Shown piece after piece: positions 50,747 to 59,981 of a DNA stretch of 64,000 bases. The position numbers were made by a program, and so were the translations under genes. Position 1 is the first letter of the stretch. Every line of letters starts with the position of its first letter. This DNA comes from Polyangiales bacterium. Its GTDB lineage: Bacteria > Myxococcota_A > Polyangia > Polyangiales > Ga0077539. The notes below the pieces were generated by a model. That model saw only the letters and a program-made list of their open reading frames with translations. It searched no databases and was not told the origin of the DNA. The stretch covers positions 192,001 through 256,000 of the forward strand of contig JBGARZ010000010.1 of NCBI GenBank assembly GCA_044229975.1, read 5' to 3'.

Positions 50747-52672
50747 GTGACTTGTTTGCCGTACGGTGCGGGGCGCGCCTTCCTGTGCGGGGTGCTGGGG
50801 GCGTTGGGCTGCCAGAAGGGGGAAGACCGGCCCGACGTCCCCGCGGTCATCGCTCCGCCAGCGGCGGCGCCGAGCACCCTCGGGCGCGGCTTCGTGCAGG
50901 TGCCGTACGACCTCCCGGCAGGGGTGACGTTTCCGACGGCGGGCCTCATCTCCAACGACCCCATCGGACTGACCGGCGCAGTGGCGGGCGACATCAACGG
51001 GGACGGTGACCCCGAGGTGCTCATGGGCGCCGTCTCCGGGTTCGGTGGTGAGTACCTCCCGCTCGCGTGGACCTACCATCGCGACCGCGGCGAGCTGACC
51101 CCCGTGGCGCTGCCCAACCTGCGCGGCGTCGCGATGCCGATGGCGCTGCTCGACCTCGACGGCGACGGCTTCCTCGACCTCGTGGACAACCGCCCGGCCA
51201 TCGCGTGGGGCGCCGCCGGAGGGCAGTTCGGGCAGTCCGTCGCGCTGGTCCCGCGGCCCAACACCGGCCGCGCGTTTACCATCATGGGGCTCTACGTGCA
51301 GGACATCGATGGCGACGGCTGGCTCGACCTGCTCACCGGGCAGCGCGACTGTAGCCCCGACAGCCACGCCTACCGTCTCCTCCTCCGCACCGGCCCGCGC
51401 ACCTTCACGGAGCGCACCGAGCTCATCGAGGACAACCCCTTCGGCGGCTCGTACGCCCTGCTCGCCACGCCGCTTGGGCCCGACCCGATGGTGCTCGCGA
51501 CCTTCTCGACCTGCGCCAACAGCGAGCCGGCCTTCCACCGACAGACCTCCCTCGACGCCGCGGGGCTGCCGCGCTTCGCGGGCCACGACATCACCCGCCC
51601 CGACGCGGACTACCGCCAGCCGATGCCCGCGATCTGTCCCAACCTCTCGTGCCGCGCACCGATGGGGGCGTGGGTCGGCTTCCTCGACGAGGACGAACAC
51701 CTCGACCTCGCGGTCTCGCTCAACCCCCGCCACGATGTGTTCATGGGCGGGCGCACCTGGCCGCTGCGCGACCTCGCGCCGCAGGCGTCGTTCACCACGA
51801 CCCGGGCGGTGGAGACGAGCAAGGGGATGATCCCGTGGGGCGTGGCGTTCGTTGATTTCGACCAGGACGGCCGCCCCGACACGGTCAACGTCCACGGCAA
51901 CGACTTCATCCCCGACGAAGACCGCGAGCGCTTCATCGGCGTGCAGCACCCGACGCTCCACTGGAACGCCGGCTCCCTCCGCTTCTATGACCTCACCGCC
52001 CTGAGCGGGCTCGGTCCGATGCTGGGCCATTGGCGCTCGCTCTGGGTCGGCGACCTCGAAGGCGACGGCGACGCCGACCTCCTCGTGGGCGGCCACCGCT
52101 TCGCGCCGCGCGTGCTGCGCAACGAGATCGACGCGGGCCACCACGGGCTCGCGATCGCCCTGCGCGGCAGCACCAGCAACGCCTACGGGCTCAACGCGAC
52201 GGTGTTGGTGCGCGCGCGCGCCGACGCCACGCCGGTGCGCTTCTTCATGGGCGGCATCTCGTCGCCGCACAACGTCTCCGAGCCGCTGATCTTCGTGGGC
52301 CTCGGCGCCGAGGAGCAGGCCGCGCAGGTCGAGGTGCGCTGGCCGTCGGGGGCGGTGCAGGTGGAGCAGAACCTCGCGGCGGGGCGCGTCCATACGCTGC
52401 GCGAGCCGCCGCTGCTCCGCATCGAGCCGGCCGAGCGCAGGGCGCCCGCGGATGGACGGAGCGTGGTGACCTTCCGGATCGCGGCCGGGGCGGGCGCCGC
52501 GGTGGCCCTGGCGATCACGCACGGCGGCGGCGAGGTGATGGCCGCGCCGCAGCGAGAGGGCGACGCGTGGGTCGCGCGGGTGCGGGCGCCGAGCACGCCG
52601 GGGTCGACGCGCTTCGAGCTGCGCATCGACGGCGCCGTGTCGGGCGTTCACCCGCGGGTCTGGTGGGAGTGA
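50747..52672 (+). CDS. CRTAC1/ASPIC-UnbV-family lipoprotein with FG-GAP repeats
   Basis: LGALGC lipobox; GDINGDG, DLDGDGFLD, DIDGDGWLD, DFDQDGRPD; FVGLG...VEVRWPSG. Start uncertain. Confidence 0.82.
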   Translation: MTCLPYGAGRAFLCGVLGALGCQKGEDRPDVPAVIAPPAAAPSTLGRGFVQVPYDLPAGVTFPTAGLISNDPIGLTGAVAGDINGDGDPEVLMGAVSGFGGEYLPLAWTYHRDRGELTPVALPNLRGVAMPMALLDLDGDGFLDLVDNRPAIAWGAAGGQFGQSVALVPRPNTGRAFTIMGLYVQDIDGDGWLDLLTGQRDCSPDSHAYRLLLRTGPRTFTERTELIEDNPFGGSYALLATPLGPDPMVLATFSTCANSEPAFHRQTSLDAAGLPRFAGHDITRPDADYRQPMPAICPNLSCRAPMGAWVGFLDEDEHLDLAVSLNPRHDVFMGGRTWPLRDLAPQASFTTTRAVETSKGMIPWGVAFVDFDQDGRPDTVNVHGNDFIPDEDRERFIGVQHPTLHWNAGSLRFYDLTALSGLGPMLGHWRSLWVGDLEGDGDADLLVGGHRFAPRVLRNEIDAGHHGLAIALRGSTSNAYGLNATVLVRARADATPVRFFMGGISSPHNVSEPLIFVGLGAEEQAAQVEVRWPSGAVQVEQNLAAGRVHTLREPPLLRIEPAERRAPADGRSVVTFRIAAGAGAAVALAITHGGGEVMAAPQREGDAWVARVRAPSTPGSTRFELRIDGAVSGVHPRVWWE

Positions 52673-52673
52673 C

Positions 52674-53909
52674 TCACTCCACGAAGTCGAGCTCCCGGCC
52701 CCAGGTCTCTTCCATGCGCCACAGCGACACCAGCGCCAGCGCGAGGCACACCGCGCCGACCACCGCGGCGCTCGCCACCAGCGACAGCCCGTGGGTTTTC
52801 AGGCCGATGAAGCTCGCCGTCAGCAGCGGCACGCTGCCGCGCACGAAGTTGGGCACGCTCGTGGTCACCGTCGCGCGGAGGTTGGTCCCAAACTGCTCGG
52901 CCGCGATGGTCACGAACACCGCCCAGTACCCGATGCAGAAGCCCATCGCGCCGCAGAGCGCGTAGAGCTGCGTGGAGGTTCCGCCCGACTGCGCGAGGTA
53001 CGCGCTCACGAGCGCCGCGGCCCCCAGCAGGAAGCCCAGCACCACCTTGCGGCGTGACCCGATCCACTGGCTCAGCGCGCCGCTCACGAGGTCGCCCACC
53101 GCGAGCGCCGCGTAGGTCACCTGCACGGCCGTCGCCGCCGTCACCTCGCCCGTCACATGAAACGCCCGCGCGAACTCCGGCGCGCCCGTCACCAGGATGC
53201 CCACCACGTACCAGATGGGCAGCCCGATGAGCACGCAGCGCACCAGCCGCCACAGCCTCTTCCACGAGAAGAAGAGCATCACCAGGTCGCCGCGCTTCAC
53301 CGCCTCGTGGCGCACGCGCCCGAACATCCCCGACTCCAGCATCGACACGCGCATCAGCAGCAGCGCGAAGCCAAGCACCCCGCCGATGATGAAGGCCGTG
53401 CGCCACGGGTAGTGCTTGCCCACCCACGCCGCGGCCACCGCGCCGAGGATGCCGACGCCTGCGACGACGGCGGTTCCGTATCCGCGCAGCCTCGCGGGGA
53501 GCATCTCGCTCACCAGCGTGATGGCCGCGCCGAGCTCGCCCGCCAGACCGACGCCCGCCACGAAGCGCCAGAACTCGTACTGCCCCAGCGTGTGCACAAA
53601 CGCGTTGGCGATGTTGGCCGTCGAGTAGAGAAGAATGGACCCGAAGAGCACGCTCACCCGGCCGCGCTTGTCGCCGAGGACGCCCCACAACAAGCCTCCC
53701 AGGAGGAGTCCCCACATCTGCCAGCTGAGGAGCGAGAGGCCCACGGTGAGGCTCTGCGCAGGGGCGACGCCGAGGTCGGTGAGCGAGCGCGTGCGGACGA
53801 TGGAGAAGAGCAGCAGGTCGTAGATGTCGACGAAGTATCCGAGCGCTCCGATGAGCACCGTGGCGATCATCGTGCGACGGGAGGCGGTCTCGGCTGGAGG
53901 GGTTCCCAC
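52674..53909 (-). CDS. MFS transporter
   Basis: GYFVDIYD, GVLGDKRGR motif A, GVGLAGE, AEQFGTNLRAT; ~12 TM segments. Confidence 0.93.
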   Translation of the reverse strand: MGTPPAETASRRTMIATVLIGALGYFVDIYDLLLFSIVRTRSLTDLGVAPAQSLTVGLSLLSWQMWGLLLGGLLWGVLGDKRGRVSVLFGSILLYSTANIANAFVHTLGQYEFWRFVAGVGLAGELGAAITLVSEMLPARLRGYGTAVVAGVGILGAVAAAWVGKHYPWRTAFIIGGVLGFALLLMRVSMLESGMFGRVRHEAVKRGDLVMLFFSWKRLWRLVRCVLIGLPIWYVVGILVTGAPEFARAFHVTGEVTAATAVQVTYAALAVGDLVSGALSQWIGSRRKVVLGFLLGAAALVSAYLAQSGGTSTQLYALCGAMGFCIGYWAVFVTIAAEQFGTNLRATVTTSVPNFVRGSVPLLTASFIGLKTHGLSLVASAAVVGAVCLALALVSLWRMEETWGRELDFVE

Positions 53910-53960
53910 GCGGCGGATGACACCACGGCGGAGAGTGGTGGTGTCAATCGACGACGACGG

Positions 53961-54536
53961 TCAGACGACCTGCCGACGCTGCCGCTCGGACACGCGCCGC
54001 ACCACCGCGGCGTAGAGCTCGTCGAGCCGATCGGCCACGCACGCGAGGTCGGCCCCGTTGCGCCGCGCCCCCGCTGCCTCGTCGTCGTGCGTCACCACCG
54101 CGACGCGCAGCATCGCGCCCATCGAGGGGTTGCGCGCGGCGGCTCGCAACAGCCGCGCGCCGTCGATGGCCGCCATCGGGACCACCGCCACCAGCACGTC
54201 GGGCTTGTGCGCGCCGATGGAGAGCAGCAACTCCAACGATGGTGGCCACACGCGCACCTCGAAGTCCTGCGCGAACACCCCGGCGAGCGCCTCGGCGCCG
54301 AGCGCGTCGCCCTCCACCGCGAAGAGCAGCGGCCGCACCCGCGTCACCTCGGGCGGAACCTCGTAGCCCTGCTGCTGGAGAAAGCGCGAGAGGTCGGGCC
54401 GCAGCACGCGTCGGTGGCCGCCCTGCGTGTGGCGCGCGGGGAGGAGCGACTGGGCGATCCACGAGACCACCGCGGGTCGCGAGACGCCGCAGTACTGGGC
54501 CACCTCCTCGGTCGTGAACTCGCGCTCGCCCAGCAT
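53961..54536 (-). CDS. HTH_17 (excisionase/MerR-like) DNA-binding protein with a degenerate receiver domain
   Basis: FTTEEVAQYCGVSRPAVVSWI..L...TQGGHRRV, followed by a receiver-like segment. Confidence 0.8.
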   Translation of the reverse strand: MLGEREFTTEEVAQYCGVSRPAVVSWIAQSLLPARHTQGGHRRVLRPDLSRFLQQQGYEVPPEVTRVRPLLFAVEGDALGAEALAGVFAQDFEVRVWPPSLELLLSIGAHKPDVLVAVVPMAAIDGARLLRAAARNPSMGAMLRVAVVTHDDEAAGARRNGADLACVADRLDELYAAVVRRVSERQRRQVV

Positions 54537-54563
54537 TCGCGGCGCGAAGGCTCGCACAATCTC

Positions 54564-54592
54564 TTGACGGCCGAAACCTTCGCTGATACACC
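54564..54592 (+). promoter_or_regulatory. Sigma70-type promoter of tRNA-Ala
   Basis: TTGACG (54564-54569), 17-bp spacer ending TGA (extended -10 TG), TACACC (54587-54592); 20 bp upstream of the tRNA. Confidence 0.6.
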
Positions 54593-54612
54593 CCGGCTCC
54601 CTCGAACGGAGA

Positions 54613-54685
54613 GGGGCTGTAGCTCAGCTGGGAGAGCGCCTCAATGGCATTGAGGAGGCCACCGGTTCGATCCCGGTCAGCTCCA
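54613..54685 (+). tRNA. tRNA-Ala (anticodon GGC); CCA not encoded
   Basis: GGGGCTG acceptor stem with G3:U70, TAGCTCAGCTGGGAGAGC D-arm, CCTCA-ATGGCAT-TGAGG anticodon arm, GGTTCGATCC T-arm. Confidence 0.97.
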
Positions 54686-54899
54686 CAACACACGGTCTCG
54701 GTTGCCAACGAGACCACCCAACGAACCTGATGCTTTCGAGTATCGGGTTCGTTGGCATTTGGGGGTATCGGGTGGCAGCCATTTCACGGTCATCGCGCCC
54801 GGCCGCCGTGGGTTTCCAACCCGCGGTAGCCGAGTGCAATGGTGTGCGGACGGCCTTGGCTTGATCCAACGCCCGCGGTTGACGCATGGTGCGCGCCCC

Positions 54900-56861
54900 A
54901 TGCGACCCCTCCGCCCCACCACCCTCGCGATCGCGCTGCTCCTCTCGGCTTGTGGCGCTCGTCAGACCACGGCCACCAACACCCCGACGCCCGTCGCTAC
55001 CGCCGACGCGCAGGTCGTTGCTACCGCCGACGCGGCCGTTGCTTCGCCGTGGGCCTCGCTCGGTCGCGCCGAGCTCTCGGCGCTGCTCACCGAAGACGCC
55101 CAGCGACGGCTGGTGAGCGAGGGCGACCCGGGCTTCGACGTGGCCCAGCTCGCGAACTACGTCGCCCACCCCGATCAGGCCCCGGAGCTGTCGGGCAAGC
55201 GGTGCGATCGGCTCCTCGACCTCGCCGTGGTGGCGCTCGCCAACCATCGCCTCGACGAAGCGGCGGGGCTGGTTGCTCTCGTGCGCGCCAAGGCCCGCAA
55301 TCGCAACATGGCCTTCACCGGGACGACCATCCTCGCCGAGGTCGCGCGGCAGCGCGCGGGCGCCGATGGCGCGGCCCAGCAGGCGGCGATCGAGGGTGTG
55401 TTGCGCGAGCTGCCGAGGCCGCGCTTCGGGGCGGCGACGGTGGTGTTCCAGGTGTTTCAGGCGCAGGCGCAGCTCGACGCGCGCGTGGAGCAGACGAAGC
55501 AGCAGATGGTGTCCGGCGAGACCGCGCGGGCGGTGCTGTGGTTCAGCGATGTGATGCCGAGCATCGTGCAAAACAGGGAGCGCTTCCTGGCGGCCGTGAC
55601 GGCGGTGCGCGCGGTCAACGACGCGATGCCCGCGGAGCCGGAGTTCAACTTCCACGACGTCGACCTCGCCCGTCAGGCCGACGCGCGCGACGTCAACGTC
55701 GCCGTCTGGGACGTCGGAACCAACCCCGAGCTCTTCCGCACGCAGCTCCTCGTGAACCCCGGTGAGCCCGCCAACGGCCAGGACGACGACCACGACGGCA
55801 TCGTCGACGACACCGTCGGCATCGCGAGCGACCCCGACCCGGCGCAGACGGCCCTCTTCTACAACCCCGGCGCGGAGATCATCGAGCGGTACTCGCCCTT
55901 CCTCCGCGGCGTGATGGACCTCCGCGCCGGCATGGCCTCCACCCCCGCGGCGCAGCGGGTGCTCGAACTCCAGCGGGGCATCACCGATGCGGCCCAGGCA
56001 CGCCAGCTCGATCAGCGCCTCGACGCGGTGGGCGAGTGGGCCCACGGGACCCACGTCGCCGGCATCATGCTGCGCGGCAATCCCCACGCGCGGTTGGCGA
56101 TCTTCCGCAGCGCGTGGGCGGGCGAGAACCGCGTCTACGACGAGCGCGGCCCGACGGACGCCGAGCTCGACACCGAGCAGGCCAACATCGACGCCATCGC
56201 GGCCTTCATCAACCGGCACCACATCCGCGTGGTCAACGCGAGCCTCGGGTTTTCGCAGGAGTACGTGGAGGACTCGCTGCGCCACCAGAGCGCGCTCTAC
56301 CGCACCGACGCGGACGTACGCGCTCGCGCGGCCGTGGTGCAGGAGCGGCGGCGAAGCAACTGGCAGCGGGTGTTCACGACGTGCCCGGAGACGCTCTTCG
56401 TGGTCGCGGCGGGCAACAGCAACCAGGACGTGATGGAGTACGGGGAGGTTCCGGCGAGCAACCAGAACGCGCCCAACCTGCTGGTCGTGGGCGCGGTCGA
56501 CCGCTTCGGTCACTGGGCGACGTTTACCAACAGCAACCCCGAGCGGGTGCAGGTGTTCGATCACGGCGTCGAGGTGGACAGCCTGGTTCCGTCGGGTGAG
56601 CATGTGCCGTTGTCGGGGACGTCCATGGCGTCGCCCAACGTCGCCAACCTCGCGGGCAAGCTGGTGTCCCTCGACCCGGCGCTCACGCCCGCGCGGCTCA
56701 TCACCATCATCCGCGAGACCGGCCGCGCCATCGCCGCGCCCTTCAGCGGGCGCATCACCGACGAGGTCGCCGCCATCGCTCGCGTGCGGCGGGAGCGTCA
56801 GAGCCCGCGCAGCGGCGCAATTGCCCCGCGCGCTGCGGCTCCGGCGAGGCCCGCCCGCTGA
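54900..56861 (+). CDS. S8 (subtilisin-like) serine protease, lipoprotein
   Basis: Lipobox LLSAC; triad VAVWDVG, HGTHVAG, GTSMASP; AAGN oxyanion motif. Confidence 0.93.
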   Translation: MRPLRPTTLAIALLLSACGARQTTATNTPTPVATADAQVVATADAAVASPWASLGRAELSALLTEDAQRRLVSEGDPGFDVAQLANYVAHPDQAPELSGKRCDRLLDLAVVALANHRLDEAAGLVALVRAKARNRNMAFTGTTILAEVARQRAGADGAAQQAAIEGVLRELPRPRFGAATVVFQVFQAQAQLDARVEQTKQQMVSGETARAVLWFSDVMPSIVQNRERFLAAVTAVRAVNDAMPAEPEFNFHDVDLARQADARDVNVAVWDVGTNPELFRTQLLVNPGEPANGQDDDHDGIVDDTVGIASDPDPAQTALFYNPGAEIIERYSPFLRGVMDLRAGMASTPAAQRVLELQRGITDAAQARQLDQRLDAVGEWAHGTHVAGIMLRGNPHARLAIFRSAWAGENRVYDERGPTDAELDTEQANIDAIAAFINRHHIRVVNASLGFSQEYVEDSLRHQSALYRTDADVRARAAVVQERRRSNWQRVFTTCPETLFVVAAGNSNQDVMEYGEVPASNQNAPNLLVVGAVDRFGHWATFTNSNPERVQVFDHGVEVDSLVPSGEHVPLSGTSMASPNVANLAGKLVSLDPALTPARLITIIRETGRAIAAPFSGRITDEVAAIARVRRERQSPRSGAIAPRAAAPARPAR

Positions 56862-56868
56862 TCCATCG

Positions 56869-57570
56869 ATGCGACGCACCGACCCCGACCTGACGCCGCT
56901 CCACGCGACGGGAGCGCTGCCCTACACCGCCGAGGAGATCGAGGCGGCTTTACAGGGCGTCGTATTGCCCGAGCGCCTGGAGCGCCTCATGGCGGTGGCG
57001 GGGTCGCGCATCGGGTCGGTGACCGTGGTGCTGGAGGGCGTGATCGACCCGCACAACACCGCGGCCGTGCTGCGCACCGCGGACGCGCACGGCGTGGGCG
57101 AGGTGCACCTCATCGAGCGGGGGCTGAAGCCGCTGCTGGCCCAGCGGGTGACGCGCGGGTGCGAGCGCTGGATGGACGTGGCGATCCATCGTGAGACGGC
57201 CCCGTGCGTGGAGGCGCTGCGCGCGAAGGGCTTCGAGCTGTGGGTCGCCGACATGAACGGCACCGCCACGATGGAAGAAGTCGCCGCGCGGCCGAGGGTG
57301 GCGCTGGCCTTTGGCAACGAGCACCTCGGGGCGAGCGCGGAGCTGCGGGCGGCGGCGACGGGGACCTTCGCGGTTCCGATGCGGGGGATGGTGGAGAGCC
57401 TCAACGTGTCGGTGGCGGCGGGCATCGCGCTGCACACCGTGACGAAGGAGCGCGCGGGCGACCTTGGCACCCAGGAGCTGCATACGCTAAGAGCGCGCTT
57501 CCTCATGGAGAGCGTGCGCAGCCCGGAGATGATCATCGAACGCTGGCGACAGACGCAGGGGCGGTCGTGA
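56869..57570 (+). CDS. trmH: SpoU/TrmH family RNA methyltransferase
   Basis: DPHNTAAVLRTADAHG, FGNEHLG, VPMRGMVESLNVSVA. Confidence 0.88.
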   Translation: MRRTDPDLTPLHATGALPYTAEEIEAALQGVVLPERLERLMAVAGSRIGSVTVVLEGVIDPHNTAAVLRTADAHGVGEVHLIERGLKPLLAQRVTRGCERWMDVAIHRETAPCVEALRAKGFELWVADMNGTATMEEVAARPRVALAFGNEHLGASAELRAAATGTFAVPMRGMVESLNVSVAAGIALHTVTKERAGDLGTQELHTLRARFLMESVRSPEMIIERWRQTQGRS

Positions 57571-58547
57571 GCGTGCGGGTCGAGCGCGCCAAGAGCGACT
57601 CGCCGCGGCTGCCGTTCACGCTGGCGGGCGTGGCGCTGTGCGGGGTCATCGGGTTCTACGGGGCGAAGGCGATTCCGTGGGTGGCCGAGGGAGAGGGCGG
57701 CCCCGAGCACGGCAACGGAGCTGAGCCGGTGGGTGGCGGCACCGAGCCGACGGCGGCGGTGGACGCGGGGCGGGCGACGGTTCCGGTGGCGGCACCGGCG
57801 GCGCCGAGGGCTCCGGTGCGGGTCAACGCGGGGGCGCTCCAGGGCTGCGGTGATGGAGAAGAGACCGACCAGGCGCCGTCGGCGTGTGACGCGCCCGCGG
57901 CGGTGGAGGCGGCGTTGCGCGCGCGGCTGACGGAGGTGCTCGCGACGTGCCCGTCGGCGATGGAGGCGGCGCGCGAGCCGTCGCGGATGCTGAGCATCGG
58001 GCTGCGCGTCGATCGGCAACGGCATCGGGTGGCGGTGCTGCTGGGGCGGAGTTCGTCGGTGGCCGATCGGCTGTCGTACGTGGCGTGCGTGCGCGAGCAC
58101 ATCGGTCCGATGGACGCGTTGTGGGCGCTGCCCGCGGCGCACCCGCGGTACCTGTATTACTTCGTGGCGCGGTTTGGTCCGCTCGGGGCGGGAGACGTGG
58201 TGCCCGCGGCGCCGGTGGTGGCACCGGTAGCGCCGGTTGCGGTGGCACCCGTGGCGCCGACGCCGGTTGCGGTGGCACCCGTGGCGCCGACGCCAGCGCC
58301 GACGGAGCCTGCGCCTGCGGGGTTGCCGACCGCGCAGGAGCTGCAGCGGATGCGCTCGCTGGGCAACGCGACGGTGACCTGGAGCGTAGCGATCATCCGC
58401 GACGCGCCGCGCACCGGGGCGATCGTCGGGCGGCTGGTGCAGGGGACGGCCGTGGAGCTGGTCGACCGTCGCGGCGGGTGGCACGCCATCCGGTGGGGCG
58501 GCGGGTCGCATGTGGGGTGGACCTTCCGCGAGGCGATCGGGCAGTAG
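57567..58547 (+). CDS. Membrane-anchored protein with a Pro/Ala linker and C-terminal SH3b-like domain
   Basis: N-terminal TM; IRDAPRTGAIVGRLVQGTAVELVDRRGGWHAIRW...GW. Confidence 0.7.
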   Translation: MSVRVERAKSDSPRLPFTLAGVALCGVIGFYGAKAIPWVAEGEGGPEHGNGAEPVGGGTEPTAAVDAGRATVPVAAPAAPRAPVRVNAGALQGCGDGEETDQAPSACDAPAAVEAALRARLTEVLATCPSAMEAAREPSRMLSIGLRVDRQRHRVAVLLGRSSSVADRLSYVACVREHIGPMDALWALPAAHPRYLYYFVARFGPLGAGDVVPAAPVVAPVAPVAVAPVAPTPVAVAPVAPTPAPTEPAPAGLPTAQELQRMRSLGNATVTWSVAIIRDAPRTGAIVGRLVQGTAVELVDRRGGWHAIRWGGGSHVGWTFREAIGQ

Positions 58548-58552
58548 GGCCG

Positions 58553-59347
58553 TCAGGTCTCGTCGGGGTCGACACCCAGCGCGCGCAGCTTCGCCGCGAG
58601 CCGATCGGCGCGAGCCTTCTCGCTCTCGGCGCGAGCCCTCTCGCTCTCAGCGCGTGCCTTCGCATCATCGGCGCGTGCCTTCTCGGTCTCGGCGCGAGCC
58701 CTCTCGTCTGCGGCGCGCTCGTCGCCCGTGGGGATGAGCGCTCCTCGGGCGTCGTGCCAGCGCAGCCAGCGCTCGGCGCAGGTCTCGAAGACGCCCTCCC
58801 ACGGGAGGAGCTCGAGCTCGAGCTGTGGAATCCACGCCCGGTCGATGGGCGAATACACCTTCCCGTGGAGCTGAAAGGCATGGAGCTCGCTGCCGCCCAG
58901 GATCTGCTCCGGGTCCCACACCACATAGAACGGGATTCGCATCCGCGCGTAGCGCCGCAGCTTCGTCGACAGCTCGCCGCCCTCGCGGTTGGACACCACC
59001 TCGATGACGACGTCGGGCACCTTGCCGTACTCCCACACGAAGTACGATCGATGCTGCTTCACCCAGATGTCGTCGGGGAGGGTCACCTCCACGCTGACGA
59101 GGGCGTCGGGGACGAGCGGCGGCTCCTTCGCCGTCGCGAAGAGGCCCACGTTGGCCATGGCGACGAAGGTGCCCGGCGTGCCGTCGTCCCCGCCCGGCGC
59201 CATCCAGCCGGCGTAGAGCGGCGACGTCAGGAGGCGCTGCTGCTTCTCGGAGTAGAGGTTGTCCACGGGCGTGTCGTCCTCGGTGACGAGGCCGCTCACG
59301 TCGGGGACCGGAACGTCGAACCCCAGGTCATGCGAGTAGGTGACCAT
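58553..59347 (-). CDS. Uma2 (DUF820) family PD-(D/E)xK endonuclease-like protein
   Basis: VTEDDTPVDN, VPD, PDVVIEVVS, YVVWDP; coiled-coil tail ERARAESEKARA. Confidence 0.88.
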   Translation of the reverse strand: MVTYSHDLGFDVPVPDVSGLVTEDDTPVDNLYSEKQQRLLTSPLYAGWMAPGGDDGTPGTFVAMANVGLFATAKEPPLVPDALVSVEVTLPDDIWVKQHRSYFVWEYGKVPDVVIEVVSNREGGELSTKLRRYARMRIPFYVVWDPEQILGGSELHAFQLHGKVYSPIDRAWIPQLELELLPWEGVFETCAERWLRWHDARGALIPTGDERAADERARAETEKARADDAKARAESERARAESEKARADRLAAKLRALGVDPDET

Positions 59348-59475
59348 CGGGACGCAGCCTCGCGCGGCCCACGCAGCGGGTCAACCACCTCGCCGACGCG
59401 TGCTCCCAACCTCAGCCCGCGGTGCTGTGGTGGCGCTTGACCCGATGCGCAGAGTGCCGTCTCGTCCCCAGCGCC

Positions 59476-59973
59476 ATGAACGACCGCCGTCGAGACCCCC
59501 TCGCGCCCACGCTCTCGCCCCCACCCACCACGCCCGCGCTGGTGCGCCGCACGGCCCTCGCGGTGGCACTCAGCGCCCTCGGCCCGCTCGCGTGCAGCTC
59601 GACCACCACCGCGCTCGACGCCGCGCCCGTCGACACCGCGTCGTCCACCGACGCCACCGACGCCCCGCTCGTCGACGCCCCCGCTCCGCCCGATCGCATC
59701 ACCCCGATGCCTCCGCCGATGCCCGCTCCGCCCGACGTCATCCCGCCGATGCCGCCACCGATGCCTCCGCCCGTCGACAGCGGGTTCATCCCGCCGATGC
59801 CGCCACCGATGCCTCCGCCCGAGGACAGCGGCGTCGTCCCCCCGATGCCCGGTCCCCTCGACGGCGGCTTCATCCCGCCGATGCCTCCGCCGATGCCTCC
59901 GCCGATGCCTCCGCCCGCGGACAGCGGCTTCATCCCGCCGATGCCTCCCCCTCCACCCGACGGCGGCGACTGA
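59476..59973 (+). CDS. Pro/Met-rich repeat lipoprotein, (D-S/G-G-F/V-I/V-PPMPPP)n
   Basis: Lipobox PLAC after RRTALAVAL; about six PPMPPP/PMPPP units separated by DSG/DGG spacers. Confidence 0.7.
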   Translation: MNDRRRDPLAPTLSPPPTTPALVRRTALAVALSALGPLACSSTTTALDAAPVDTASSTDATDAPLVDAPAPPDRITPMPPPMPAPPDVIPPMPPPMPPPVDSGFIPPMPPPMPPPEDSGVVPPMPGPLDGGFIPPMPPPMPPPMPPPADSGFIPPMPPPPPDGGD

Positions 59974-59981
59974 GCACCGGC

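Noticed and set aside
53961..54536. Excisionase next to a tRNA suggesting a prophage or ICE
   Set aside because: The HTH_17 + receiver architecture is a common myxobacterial regulator, and there are no integrase or phage genes.
58553..59347. Uma2 nuclease as a defence system
   Set aside because: A stand-alone member of a highly expanded family, with no partner methylase or defence context here.
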